Positions 23,914-37,234 of a stretch of DNA of 64,000 bases are shown piece by piece. Made by a program: the position numbers and the translations under genes. Each line of letters opens with the position of its first letter. Position 1 is the stretch's first letter. The notes beneath the pieces were generated by a model, which made no database searches, was not told the DNA's origin, and was given only the letters and a program-made list of their open reading frames with translations. This DNA is from Eledone cirrhosa (Eukaryota), in assembly GCA_964016885.1 (NCBI GenBank), contig OZ024743.1, positions 243,970,001 to 244,034,000 of the forward strand, written 5' to 3'.

Positions 23914-25235
23914 ATTATTGTATACTTCTGTGTACTAATAAATCATTAACAAAATGAAAGTTTTCCTATATTAACAAATACAATAATGATAATTGCAAAG
24001 ACCAGATGTAGATATTCATAATTCCTTTTATTCAGAATCTACCGAAATACATATTCCTATGGCGTTCTTGAGTACGCAATGCAGTCATCACGCATCCACC
24101 AATATGACTTTATTAGAGAGCATCTTAAGTAATAAGATTGTTATGTAACATTCCTATTTCAATATAGGCTAGAGATAAGGGGGCGGACGATGTTTCTTCT
24201 TCCGTAGTACAAAGGGCACTTTGGAGGAACCCCATTTCGGCTGCTTGTATTCATGATCATATACTTTCAGTCATTACCCAAGATTCATGACTAAAGATAT
24301 GGGTTGGCACGAATACTGAATTGGAGATACCGAGTTTGCCTTTTACACATACTCCACTTCTTCTGGTGACTGAATGCTGAAGCTAATGCATTGATGTATT
24401 AGATCCTGCAATTCTTTGATGTGCGTGTCGGTGATCACAGTATGGCAAAGTGGTTAAGAAGTTCGCTTCACAATCATGTCGTCTCACATTCGATTCCAAT
24501 ATGTGGTATCAAGGGCGAATAACTTTGCTGAGTCGATGCATGCTTTGCGAATACAATTGGATTGACAGGAACTGTGTGGAAACCTGTCGAATGGACTATG
24601 TAATTCAAAGAGCCAACTTTATCACATATTGTGTCACGTGAAATTCTTCCTGTGAAATTTGATAAGGGTACACATATATGTGGAATATTCAACTACATAT
24701 ACGTTAGTTTAATGACTAGGACGTTCAGTTGATTGAATAACTGAATACTCATCGTCGAAACTGTTGTAGCATCCATCACTTAGTTGATCATTGGGACAAG
24801 GGATCACGCCAGAGGAAGAAGCCCCGTAAGGTGGAATGGCTGATGCTAGGGGCATCACTAGTTGTTCCCCGCGGCAAAGCTTTAGCTATCCTGTTCGCAG
24901 GGTGGAGCTGAGATATACTGTCTAGCAAAAGTGTAGAGTTTCCCCCTCCCATCTTTGATTCTCTCTTTTTTTCTTTTTTTCAGATTTCTTTTCTTTTTAA
25001 ATCAAGATACAGTTTTCTTAAGCAAAAATGGCATTAAAATTTAAAGTAGAAATTAGCCCAAATTAACCGCCCACCCCCAAAAATATATAAATAAACGAGA
25101 AAAAATGGCAAAGCATGTATGATAAAGGAATTTATTTGCTTTGCAGCCACAAGGATTTGGGTCACATCCTACTTTGTGACACTTTGGACAAGTGTCTTCT
25201 AGTATATTCTCGGGTTGACCAATGTCGTGTGAGTG

Positions 25236-25335
<100 letters not shown>

Positions 25336-25629
25336 TAGATAGATAGATAGATAGATATATATGAATGAGTCAGAATCCCGATGGCTAGAACTAGCTGTTG
25401 AAACAAGAACTCAGCCGTAGCGTAATCCATTATTTAATCGTGATTCTGCTTTCCAGGAAAGTTGCAAGTTGGGTGAGAGTGGCGAGTGGAATGGAAAGAA
25501 CCTCCGTCGGTTTCGACGATGAATGTTCCAGATGTTTGATTATTGGAAGACTCAGCTCATTAAATTAACCTGCAAGTGGCTGAATAATCCACAGAGACGT
25601 GTGTCCTTACCATAATTCTCTACTGACTA

Positions 25630-25835
25630 TAGAACATACAACCCAGTTCACCCTTATCAATTCCACATATACCACAAAATCTGCAAATCTCAAGGAGGTC
25701 TAAAAAGACATTTCAAAGTTCATCAAGATACACAGGCAGTCCAAATTGCACCAAAACTAATATGTAATATATGTGGACGGCTTTTAAAACGTTTGTCTGG
25801 TTTAAAAAGCCACATAAGATCTCATGCCATACTTA
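25630..25835 (+). pseudogene. Two C2H2 zinc-finger remnants, probably the C-terminus of an RTE LINE
   Basis: KICKSQGGLKRHFKVH...LICNICGRLLKRLSGLKSHIRSH, with the first finger degenerate. Similar to the finger at 45700-45779. Confidence 0.55.
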
Positions 25836-27221
25836 GGCGATTTCATCAGTTGTTGATTGCAGAATTAGTTATATAAGATAACAGGATTATGGCGAACACA
25901 AACAGAGAATAGAAAATAGAGGAAAGATTAGATTCGGGGATGGCCTGCCAATTCGGTATTATTGTTACGGTAAACCATTCCCGAAAGTCACACAGGCATC
26001 AATGTTAAACTGGAATGGTAGATGTGATGGTGAGGGTGGACGTTGTGAGGTGGTGACATAAATTCTACTGTCCTTAGAAAATGCCATTCATTAATCACAA
26101 CCAAGGATTCCATTGCTACAGAATTCTAGGGGTACTAAACTCTGTCTTAGTAGACATTGATCGAAAACCAGTGTAGCGTGACGGCGAAGAATTAAAGGGT
26201 TAAATCGCTGTATAGGCGTACAAAGTTATATGAATTGTATAAAATGTTAAAAAAAGTTATAAACAGTTATAAAAATTATAAAAGTTACACAAATAATAAG
26301 ATTAACAAAATTTATAAAACTTATTAAGATTACAAAAACTTATAAAAATTATAGAAATTGGTTTGAGTAATACGTTAAATAAATTAAGAAAATTGAATTA
26401 GAAAGAATAAAATAAAAGAAGATAAATTGTGAAGAAATATAGATATTAAAATGGTGTACAGTTACAAAGGTGGTTAATTATAATCTAATGCCATAGACGC
26501 TCGAAAGTAAATTATTGAATGATTAAGAAGTAATAAAACTATTTCACGCATATATTGGTTTGCATTGAGAACGAAAATGTGGTGTGGTGCATCCTCGATT
26601 GGCATGACAGTCCACTTCATCCCCGTCAAAAGAAAATAGCTTACTAGTGACGGAGTAAATTCAAATAATGAAGGGAGGGAAAGTTAATTAACTAATTTAT
26701 TCATTCCAAGCACTCAAAGTATAAAACCAAAGTTTGTTTGACCTGCGCATTATTTAGAGGTCAGTCGATGGCTAAACGTATACCAGACAATGCTCACAAT
26801 ACCAAGCAAAATGATATGATGGTAGATAACACATTACATATTCTTATCTTTCTCCGTGGTGTGGTAAATTAATTCTGCAATCAACACTTGAAGAAATCGC
26901 CTAAGTCTTGCATCATGATTGGATGATGAAACTTGGCCATTGAAATATGTATAGTGTTTCCGAGGTAATAACATTTTAAAGAAAATTTCAGACCGGCCTT
27001 CCGTTGTTTTGAATACATATTTAACTCATAAAGAAGAGAGATGGTTTTAAATATACATCCTCTGTTATTTAAAACCGTCTCTCATCTTTATAATATCGAC
27101 ACACCGGTTGATACCTTATCAATAACATTTTAAGGAATACAAATCGTAGAGTGCTTTACGTCTGTTTTCAGCAAAAGTCGGTGGTTTATCTGATCAACCT
27201 AACTTTCCTATGAATTGTATA

Positions 27222-27337
27222 ATATAATTGTTTCTACTTTTGGAACAAGGCCAGCAATTACCCAGTGGTACTTTATTTTATCGACCCCGTAAGGATGAAA
27301 GGCAAAGTTAACCTCGGCGGGACTTGAACTCAGACCG
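27222..27337 (-). mobile_element. SINE family A, 5'-truncated
   Basis: Core and B box match the other copies. Confidence 0.8.
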
Positions 27338-27368
27338 TATGAATAATATAATATAATTGAATAATATA

Positions 27369-27418
<50 letters not shown>

Positions 27419-27436
27419 ATGTGTGTGTGTGATTGT

Positions 27437-27545
<109 letters not shown>

Positions 27546-27995
27546 TGTGTGTGTAAGCCATTGAAGTAAATGGGGCCAGAAGAGATAAAACGTTCGTCAC
27601 ATTAGTATTGATAAATTGAAGAACATTAACAAAGCGAGGACAAGACAACGAAAGAGAAGATACATACACCCGTACACATACATATTTGTGACCATGCATA
27701 TCTAAACACACACACACGCACACACACACATATATATATATATATATTAAGCTCATACAAATATATGTGTGTGTATGTGTGCATGAGTATGCATATATAC
27801 ATACACATATATATATAATATATAAATAACATATATAATACACACACATATATCTATATATCTATATATCTATATACACACACATATACATATATATGTG
27901 TATATATATTTATATAGCTATTTTTGGCGAAAGATGTTTCAGTCAGCAGAAGTAGTTTTCAGTCTTTTGAACAATTGGCATGAAGAGTAAGCAAT

Positions 27996-28073
<78 letters not shown>

Positions 28074-28127
28074 ACACACCCACACACACACACACTCTCA
28101 CACACACACACACACACTCTCACACAC

Positions 28128-28187
<60 letters not shown>

Positions 28188-28197
28188 TCTCACACAC

Positions 28198-28230
<33 letters not shown>

Positions 28231-28251
28231 GACACACACACTCACACACAC

Positions 28252-28287
<36 letters not shown>

Positions 28288-29040
28288 CTAACAAAACTTC
28301 TTCCAACAACCATGAAAAATGGACAACTCATGAAATTGTTTGGCTGGAAGTTGATGTACAGAGAGGATTGAAGAATATCGAGATAAATGGTATCAAGTTA
28401 TTTTCGTGCGAATAATCCCAACCATTTATTTATTTATTTTAACTTGTTTTGTTTTTAGTTTATTATATTATTTTATTTTACTTTAACTTTCTTCCTATCT
28501 CTGTTTACAACAACATCAACAACAACGTCAACAACAACACCAAAACAAATAAATTAGCTAACTAACTAACCAAAGAGGAAATGGTGTAGATGGCGGTGAT
28601 GTAGATGGCGGTGATGGCGGTGTTGACGGTGTTGGCGGTGTTGGCGGTATTCTTTCCGAAGCAGGAAGTCATGTACAACGCCAAATTTCTGGAATGTGAG
28701 TTGTTAATTCTTTGGCTTAAGTTTTTAAACTTGCAAAACATCAATAAACCTACTCATGTGTACAAAACTAAATTCTTTGAATTCTTGGCTCGGCCACCCT
28801 TGGTTCAGGATATTACGTCACTATATCACCGTTTCGTCGTTGTACCTCTTCATCACTATCACCACAACTCTAGCCAGCTTTCTTTATTTGCTTTCATTTT
28901 AGCAGATGTATATATATATATACATAGATATATATATTTATTTATATATAAAAATATATACGTTACATATGTGAGTTTATATATGTATATCTAAATATAT
29001 GTTTGTATGAGTACGTTGGTGCATATCTATATCTATGTAT

Positions 29041-29080
<40 letters not shown>

Positions 29081-29115
29081 GCATACATACATACATATAG
29101 ATACGCACGAACGTA

Positions 29116-29210
<95 letters not shown>

Positions 29211-29213
<3 letters not shown>

Positions 29214-29450
29214 ATGATATTAAATAAATGGACGTCGACCGAGGGTGGTCGACGTAGATACAAGTCGCTAAAATACCGGCCGCCCTCTTGTTTAAACACC
29301 AAAGATTTTTTATCTGATATATTCCTTCGTTATATTTTGAATTACCTGATGATGTAACCGGATTCATACTGAACCCGGCCATTCAAATGATCATAGTAAA
29401 ATAAACCTTTCAAGGATTTACACCAGAACATGCCTCCTGTTATTTTGTAA
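29211..29450 (+). mobile_element. Solo PLE-type LTR with decayed hammerhead
   Basis: Lies between (TA)n tracts. gaattacCTGATGAtgta...tactGAAcccggccattc. 5' hairpin acgtcgacc/ggtcgacgt. Confidence 0.5.
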
Positions 29451-29551
29451 TATATATATATATATGTGTGTGTTTAATGGTAGCTATGATGCTTCCATAG
29501 GCGGTATGCCAGTTGAGCACTCTAAGTTCTTACAGAGCAGAGTGTGATATA

Positions 29552-29800
29552 ATATAAAACGAAAAATCAGTGATGCATCTGGACTAAATTTATTGTGTGT
29601 TACAATTGTTTCGTCGGACACTGGCAATAATTTTGGAACAAATTTGTTCCGAAATTATTGCCAGTGTCCGACGAACCTGCAGTTATAGAATCAGACAGAT
29701 CCATACAATGATCGTGTCTCGAGCTGTCTGCCGGCGAAACAATTGTAACACACAATAAATTGAGTCCAGATCAGATGCATCACTGATTTTTTGTTTTATA
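29552..29800 (+). mobile_element. Fold-back PLE-type LTR palindrome with variant hammerhead (29664-29751)
   Basis: Centre ggaacaaatttgttcc. Right arm: gtgt CCGACGA..long stem II..GAAA caattg TA acac. Left arm is the inverted copy lacking stem II. Confidence 0.7.
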
Positions 29801-30118
29801 TATATATATATATATGGGAGTGCGAAAGATATATACAGCGACAAGCAAATTGAATACCACCAAAATACCTCGTAGTATTTATTCCCTGTGCGTTGACAGA
29901 CAATACCTAGTTATTCTCGCCATCGGAAGTGCATTAAAACAATGCTTGATCCTTTAAAAAACCATATCCAACGACAATATCGTTAAAAATTTGCCAGATA
30001 AGATTATATATAAAACAAAAATATACAAATTGGTCGTTCAAGAAAATCTGATAAATTAGTTCGAATGCTGACGGGAAACGACATTTTTCTATTTCCGGCA
30101 GATATACTTTCATTTATA

Positions 30119-30197
30119 CAGGGTGTCTAAAAAAAATGTATACACACTTCAATATCAATCTAATCAAAGTATGTATACATTTTTAGGGGACACACTG
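30119..30197. mobile_element. Tc1/mariner-type mini-MITE
   Basis: TA|cagggtgtc...aaaaatgtatac / gtatacattttt...gacacactg|TA. Confidence 0.7.
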
Positions 30198-30572
30198 TAT
30201 ATTAAATTAAAGTTGACTGGATAGTTAATCAGATACCGTTAGCTTGAAACTGATGTCACTTAACCCATATCTGAATCTTTGGACACACGCACACACACAC
30301 ACATACACACACATACATGTTACATACAAGTACACACACATATACATACACACACACACAAATATATAGAAACGACGGTAAGCTGTTACTAATTATTCAA
30401 CATAGTAAGCAGGAGTGTAGATAATGTCTAATCCACATAAACCCAGTGGTCAAGCTTCAACTGTTTTAGTTTGAGCGTCGGGTTTATGTGTATTAAATTG
30501 CATTGGTACAACTTCAAAATACCGAACTGACCAAATGTTACGTTCACGTTTTAAGCAATTTGCTACAAATTT

Positions 30573-30890
30573 TTCTTCTTCTTCTTCTTCTTCTTCTTCT
30601 TCTTCTTCTTCTTCTTCTTCTTCTTCTTCTTCTTCTTCTTCTTCTTCTTCTTCTTCTTCTTCTTCTTCGCCCACTTATTCCTGGGAAGGTTGTGTGGGCA
30701 GAGTCCTCATACATTCCTTCCAGCGGGTCCTATCAGAAGCAACCATCTCCAACTGATCCGGCTGGATCTCCAAGCGAGATCAGCCATCTTACTCGGGGTC
30801 TACCCCTGGGTATCCTGCCTGTTGGTTTTTCCCGTAAAATCTGTCCAGCAATTCTTTCCTGAGACATTCTAACCACATGCTACAAAGTCA
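30573..30890 (-). mobile_element. RTE 3' end with (GAA)n tail
   Basis: (CTT)n at about 30573-30668 next to sequence homologous to 2750-2930. Confidence 0.55.
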
Positions 30891-31337
30891 TCAATAATTT
30901 ACGTGCAAAGAGTTTGTGTGATAAATATTCATTACACTAAATATGATGCCCTTCAGGTACAATTATTTCTCTGAACCTTCGTTTCAGGTTTTCATTGATA
31001 CAAATACTAGTTCCTCAGTCAATATTAACACAATTTTGTAATGGCTGTGATCTTTTCCTTCAAATGTGAAAGAGTTCCAAAAGAGAAGAGGAAGAAATAA
31101 AGAAATATACAGGGAGAGGTTTTTAGATACAAAAAGTGTTAAAGAAAATGTAAGAGTAGTTGATAAGAGAGAAAGATGTACTCTAGGAAAGTTGAAATAG
31201 AGTCAGTTATAAGTTGACGAACTGGGAGTTGTCTAATAAAAAATCTGAAACAGACGGACAAAGAAACAATTGTACCTAAATGACAGCATAATTAGCAATC
31301 TATCTATCTATCTACTTTCGCACGCTCTCTTTCTCTC

Positions 31338-31392
<55 letters not shown>

Positions 31393-31737
31393 CTGTTTAT
31401 ATGTCTTTCTCTTTCTCCACCCAACTCTTTTTATCCCAATAACTTATTTTAGTTATTGTATCGTCCTAGGCGGAGGTATATTGACTGTAATGCGAAGAAA
31501 TACCTATGATGCCTAGTAGACAACTGATGATGGATAGTCCTAACTTCTATTTCTAATTCTTCATTTTATATATATATATATATATATAGTAAAAATAAAT
31601 GTAAAGACTAAAATTCGAAGACTCGATAAGGATTATATATACATATATAAAATATATATATAAAAAACTGTAGAGCAAATATTTATTATAAGTACAGATT
31701 AAAGTTTAAGCAAAGAATCGCAATATATATATATATT

Positions 31738-31796
<59 letters not shown>

Positions 31797-31797
31797 C

Positions 31798-31834
<37 letters not shown>

Positions 31835-31853
31835 CTATATATGTGTGTGTGTG

Positions 31854-31890
<37 letters not shown>

Positions 31891-32007
31891 ATGCATGTGT
31901 ATGTATATGCGCGGGGACATAGAAATAATCGGGCTGGATACCCAATCGTGCGGTTAAACCACTGGGAGTGAAGGACCCCTAGCCTTTGTCAAGGCATTCT
32001 TCTAGGA

Positions 32008-32841
32008 CAGGGGTCGGCAACCTTTTGGAGAGAGAGGGCCAAACAGCTATGCAGTGTCATGGAGGAGGGCCATGTTATTAAATATGTAAATAAATTTTCT
32101 GGAGGTTTAAAGCAAAACAAGAAATTTAATATAATTTTATTTTAACAAGGCCCCTTATTTTACTGCAGGAATAACAAAAAAGAAAAAAAAGAAAAAAAAA
32201 AAACAACTACAAATACATTCAACAAAAAGAAAAAGCAAATTCCTTGCTACAAACGAAATACAGTTAGAAATGGTAAATGATTTAATGAGACACTTGTATC
32301 TGCTTATTGTGCGATAACTTCTCCACATCAGGTGAAATATTTATCGATGACAGAAGCAAAACATCATCCAGGTGGTCGTCACGCAACCTTGTTCTTAAAT
32401 GACTTTTACTATATTTCATTTTGGAAAAAAGTTGTTCACAAGCATATGTACTTCCAAATAATGATATCATCAGTTTCGCATTAGTCAAGATGTTTTTATA
32501 TTTTCCGCTTGGCAATATATATTTCTTGTAGAAGTCAGCAGTGGATTCGAACTGAAATTTCGATTTCAAAGATTCATCGCACTGTAAGTCAATTAACTCC
32601 AACTGATATTCTTCTGCCACTTGCTCCACATCTGTTTCGTAAGGAGTACCAAATAACTTAAATAGAGTTCCATATTGCCGGAAGTCAGCAAAACGAGAGG
32701 AAAACTCGCTTCTCAAATCCTTAATAGAGCTCACAAAGATGTCTGCTATTGTATCTCTCTTGTGATTTTGGAGACTTGGGAAATGAGAGTAGTTTCCTTT
32801 TAAAAGTTGTGATTCCCACAGTCGAATTTTTGTCTCAAGAA
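32008..32841 (-). mobile_element. hAT (Charlie/SPIN-like) transposon 3' portion with transposase C-terminus
   Basis: TIR caggggtcggcaacct. ORF 32282-32734 has SLFGSTYACEQLFSKMKYSKSHLRTRL (hAT dimerisation region). tctagga is duplicated at both sides. Confidence 0.88.
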
Positions 32842-33054
32842 TCTAGGAGAAGGCAACTCAGGAAACTGGGATAACTCCGACATAAAACCTGCGGCTCAGT
32901 AGTTACCGATGATGTTGATCTTTTCTTCTTTTCGGATTATAGCTACTGTCGCTTACAGAGTGGGATTGGCTTAGTGCACACTTTTGTCCCATTTTTAAAA
33001 ACATTTTCACGCACAGGCGTTGGACGATAACATTAATTGATAATTATTAATAAT

Positions 33055-33235
33055 TGTTTCTACTTTTGGCACAAGGCCAGAAATTAACCAGTGTATTACT
33101 GGTACTTTATTTTATCGACCCCGTAAGGATGAAAGTTAACCTCGGCGGGATTTGAACTCAGAATGGCAAGCGCCGTAACTCTATGCGTCAAAGCATGGCA
33201 TCCGACCCTCTACCGATACTGCCAATTCATCGCCC
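33055..33235 (-). mobile_element. Full-length SINE family A with 15-bp TSD
   Basis: ataattattaataat at 33040-33054 and 33236-33250. Confidence 0.9.
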
Positions 33236-33290
33236 ATAATTATTAATAATGTTATATCGTGCAATGGCCATACTCGATAACGAGGGAGCA

Positions 33291-33361
<71 letters not shown>

Positions 33362-33451
33362 CATATAATACACACACACATACATATATATATATACAAA
33401 TAGAAGTTCAGCATAATCGAAGCTCTGGCTGCAGCTATGCTAACGAATGCA

Positions 33452-33516
<65 letters not shown>

Positions 33517-33919
33517 GTTAATAGATCAAACAAACAAAGCACAGGAGGCAATTTTTACAAAGTAATATATATATATATATGCATTGTTAATTGTTAAATA
33601 ATTTGCTATCTGTATAACTATATAACAATACTGTAATAGAGTCGAATTTCAACATGTAGATTTATGGCCAAAAGATGCGTTTTTTGTTTTGATATAGCCT
33701 CAGCTGACGTATTCATAACTGTTTAATCAAGCAACATTTAAATAAATATGTTTGTTTTAGGGTCACGAGTAAATAATACACAGTATATTTTATTGCATGT
33801 CGTAAATAAATGCAGTTTAGTGTTTGGGTAAGTTAAACAGTGTTAGAGTTTAGACGTCACCGTAATATTTCCTGTCCTTTAATCAACTCATCTATTTTAC
33901 TATAACACACACACACACA

Positions 33920-34008
<89 letters not shown>

Positions 34009-34144
34009 CCACCAAAATTACGGAGTCGGGCTCGATCAATACAGATCGATACAGATCGAAACATGAGCTGATCGGTGGCAAAACGCGCGTCACCAACCAA
34101 TAAACGTAATGAAGGAGTAACCACTCGTCTTTGTTTTATTTTTG

Positions 34145-34193
<49 letters not shown>

Positions 34194-34320
34194 AAAGGTA
34201 TACATACATATACATACATACATATACATATATATATATGCATACATATATATATATATACTTACATATATATATATATATCTACATATATATATATATA
34301 CATATATATATACATATATA

Positions 34321-34500
34321 TCTACTATATAAATGGCTATTTCTGTCTGTCTGTGTATAACCAGTTGGCACCTACACCAGTGATCCGATCCTGATGAAAC
34401 TTTACACACATGTTAAGCTAATATTCAGAAACAAGACTGGCGAATTGAATTTTAATTAAAAAATTCTATAATGGAACCCCTGGGGACATCTTTACAATGG
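34321..34500 (+). mobile_element. Helitron-like 5' fragment
   Basis: a|TCtactatataaa followed by (ctgt)n and gaaactttacacacatg, as at 62575. Confidence 0.5.
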
Positions 34501-34728
34501 AAGAAGAAAGAGAAGACGTTTCAATTAGAGAAGGGGAAGAGGAGATACTACTAGTGTGTGTTAAAACCCTCCCTCCCACTACCCCTTCCTCCTCCCACAA
34601 CTCTGTCTTCCAAAACGAGGCAACAATTTATTAGAATTATACATAAAGAAATTTCAAACAAAGCAGACGACAATCTAATTTGGGTTGACGACTGAACAGA
34701 TGCCTCTGTATATATATATATATATATA

Positions 34729-34980
34729 TTAGAAAATAGAATAGCTTTCACCTTATTTTTGACTAAAGAAATTTTTAGCCTGATAATGGGGTTTAGAACC
34801 CTCAGATAAATGGAAAAAGATGAGTATTGACGTACATGTATGTCAATACTCATCTTTTTCCATTTATCTGAGGGTTTTAAACCCCATTATCAGGCTAAAA
34901 ATTCCTTTAGTCAAAAATACGGTGAAAGCTATTCTATTTTCTAATTTCAAACCTGCTCACTGTTTCAAAACATACTTACT

Positions 34981-34983
<3 letters not shown>
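34729..34983. repeat. Spacerless palindrome (108-bp arms) with 39-bp extension, in (TA)n
   Basis: Arms 34729-34836 and 34837-34944, centred on tacatgta, about 4 mismatches. Confidence 0.9.
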
Positions 34984-35074
<91 letters not shown>

Positions 35075-35079
<5 letters not shown>

Positions 35080-36725
35080 ATCATCCACTGATATGGGTTC
35101 TGAACATGTACACACGCTTAGGTCACATTAAAGTCAACTGCAAGAATCGGTGATAAGTTACAAACAAGTGTGGACTTTGCTACCACTTACACTACCGTCG
35201 ATGATATAGACAGGGAAATCATCGCTCACTACCGGAAAACCCTCCTTTGTAACAACAGAGTGCCTGGGCAAATAAGTCAACTTCAGTCCTATTCGACGTC
35301 TCCATGGGATCGTTTGACAGTGCTGACGTATGCGACTTGGTTGGCCTATTTATTTTAGACATATTACGTGTTAGATTCCCGGACTTCCACACAGGAATAT
35401 ACTGCGACGATGGTCTGCCTTATCGAGCCATAAAAGTGGTCACGACCTCGACCGGTTTAAAAAAGACTTAGCTTCTACCTTTAATGAGTTAGGTCTTAGG
35501 ATAACAGTAGCCACCAACCTCTCTAGCGTAGATTTCTTAGACATTAATTTAGACCTTCGCACACACACCTACAGACCCTTCCATAGCTAAACGAAAAACT
35601 CAACTACATTCACAAGGACTCATGCCACCCTCCCACTGTTTTTAGAAACTTCGTAAATAATATCAGTACTAGAATCTCAAACCTCTCCTCTAATAAGGCT
35701 ATCTTTGACAGGGCGGCACCCTACTATAACACGGCGTTAGCTAACAGCGGCTTCTCACAACCTATCACTTACTCTCCCACTAACAACAACAGCAATAAGA
35801 AAAGAAAGCGTAACAATAGACAAACTATCTGATTCTCTCCTCCCTCCTCACTCAACGTTAAAACCAATGTAGGCAAAAAATTTCTAGCCCTCTTAGATAG
35901 ACACTTTCCCATAGGTCATAAATACCGCTCCATCTTTAACCGACACAAAGTAAAACTAAGGTACTCTTGCACTAAGAATATGAAGGACCACATCACCAAC
36001 AGCCCTAAGAGCAACACCCCACCAGGGTGCTCTTGCCGTAAGCCCGAAGCTTGTCCCCTTTAACAGCAATGTAACACACCCGCTGTAGTTTATGAAGTGG
36101 TCACTTCCAACCGACCAAATCAACCACAGGAGGTCAAATCCTATGTGGGTATGGCGACCTTTAGGTACTCGGACAGACGAAACTCGCGAGTCACGTATGG
36201 TGCCTCAAGGACTCAAGTATAGACTACTCCATTCAATGGAAAGCCATCACTAAGTCCAAGCCATACGCAAGGGGCAATCCGTCGTGTGGACTATGTATTG
36301 ATAACGAATAAATATTCTAAAGTGATTGCACAATAGTGATTGCCTAAACACGAGAAATGAATTCTTCACACGTTGTCCACACGTCTGGAAACACCTCTTA
36401 CATAACTACAAAGCTCCGGATTGAATTACAACAACATCCTAATTTTCTAATCAACCAGAAACTTTCGGACTTTCGCAGTTATCTCCCTTACACCTCTCGC
36501 ACGCAATTTAGTATTGCCTGTGTGAAGTGATCGTTTCTGAGCATGCGCATTCGTACGGTTGTCCTTCCTTTTCCGTATAACCATGTCCATTACGAGCTGA
36601 GGATCCGCTAAGGTGAAACAATTGTTCTCGCTATGGTGAACTAACTGTTGTGTAACCACTTCTACCTAACTCGTCCCATGGACCGAGTGCTCTACCACTA
36701 CGGATATTACCTTCCAGTGTTCCAC

Positions 36726-36730
<5 letters not shown>
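35075..36730 (+). mobile_element. Degraded Penelope-like element (RT thumb + CxC linker + GIY-YIG; Nematis-like) with 3' LTR
   Basis: Fragments SMGSFD, YCDDGL, VDFLDINLDL, YIHKDSCHPP, NVKTNVGKKFLALLDRHFP, CSCRKPEACPL, VVYEV..SYVG. Many stops. Flanked by (TA)n. Confidence 0.8.
36593..36630 (+). ncRNA. Minimal type I hammerhead ribozyme motif
   Basis: cgag CTGAGGA tccgctaaggt GAAA caattg TT ctcg. Stem I is extended by ccat/atgg, stem III is palindromic. Confidence 0.75.
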
Positions 36731-36814
<84 letters not shown>

Positions 36815-36996
36815 ATATCTTTAGTTTTGTTGGTTCACCACTGGATAGAACTGGTCATTCCGTATGGTCAATCCTGGTGTAATATTGTGAAGAGTGCTCA
36901 ACGCAGTGCAGTTCACCCATCTTCGTTTGTGTAGTTGGTGGTGCGAATACGGAGTTAATTATAAATGAAATAATTGTCCAGCCTCCTATTATTTCA

Positions 36997-37040
<44 letters not shown>

Positions 37041-37044
<4 letters not shown>

Positions 37045-37234
37045 TATAGAAACGCTTCTACAGGACTAGAACTGTTTCATTCGTGAGAAATCATCAGGAA
37101 GCTGACCTGATGATTTCTCACGAATAAAACAGTTCTAGTCCTGTAGAAGATTTTCTATATTAAAACATTTATACTCTGCATTGTATTGAGTACCTTACTT
37201 ACTGTGGTTACACCCGATTGAACCCGGAATAACA
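37041..37234 (+). mobile_element. Fold-back solo PLE LTR with hammerhead cores on both strands
   Basis: 58-bp arms at 37041-37098 and 37106-37163. CTGATGAtttctcacgaat(G/A)AAAcagttcTAgtc. In (TA)n. Confidence 0.72.

Noticed and set aside
27027-27092. About 26-bp hairpin
   Set aside because: Real inverted repeat but AT-rich, with no ribozyme core or TSD to interpret.
31520-31550. CTGATGAtggatagtcc as a hammerhead
   Set aside because: GAAA and stem III are absent; at most a relic.
34385-34405. cCTGATGAaac as a hammerhead
   Set aside because: No stem II or separate GAAA; part of a Helitron-type motif.
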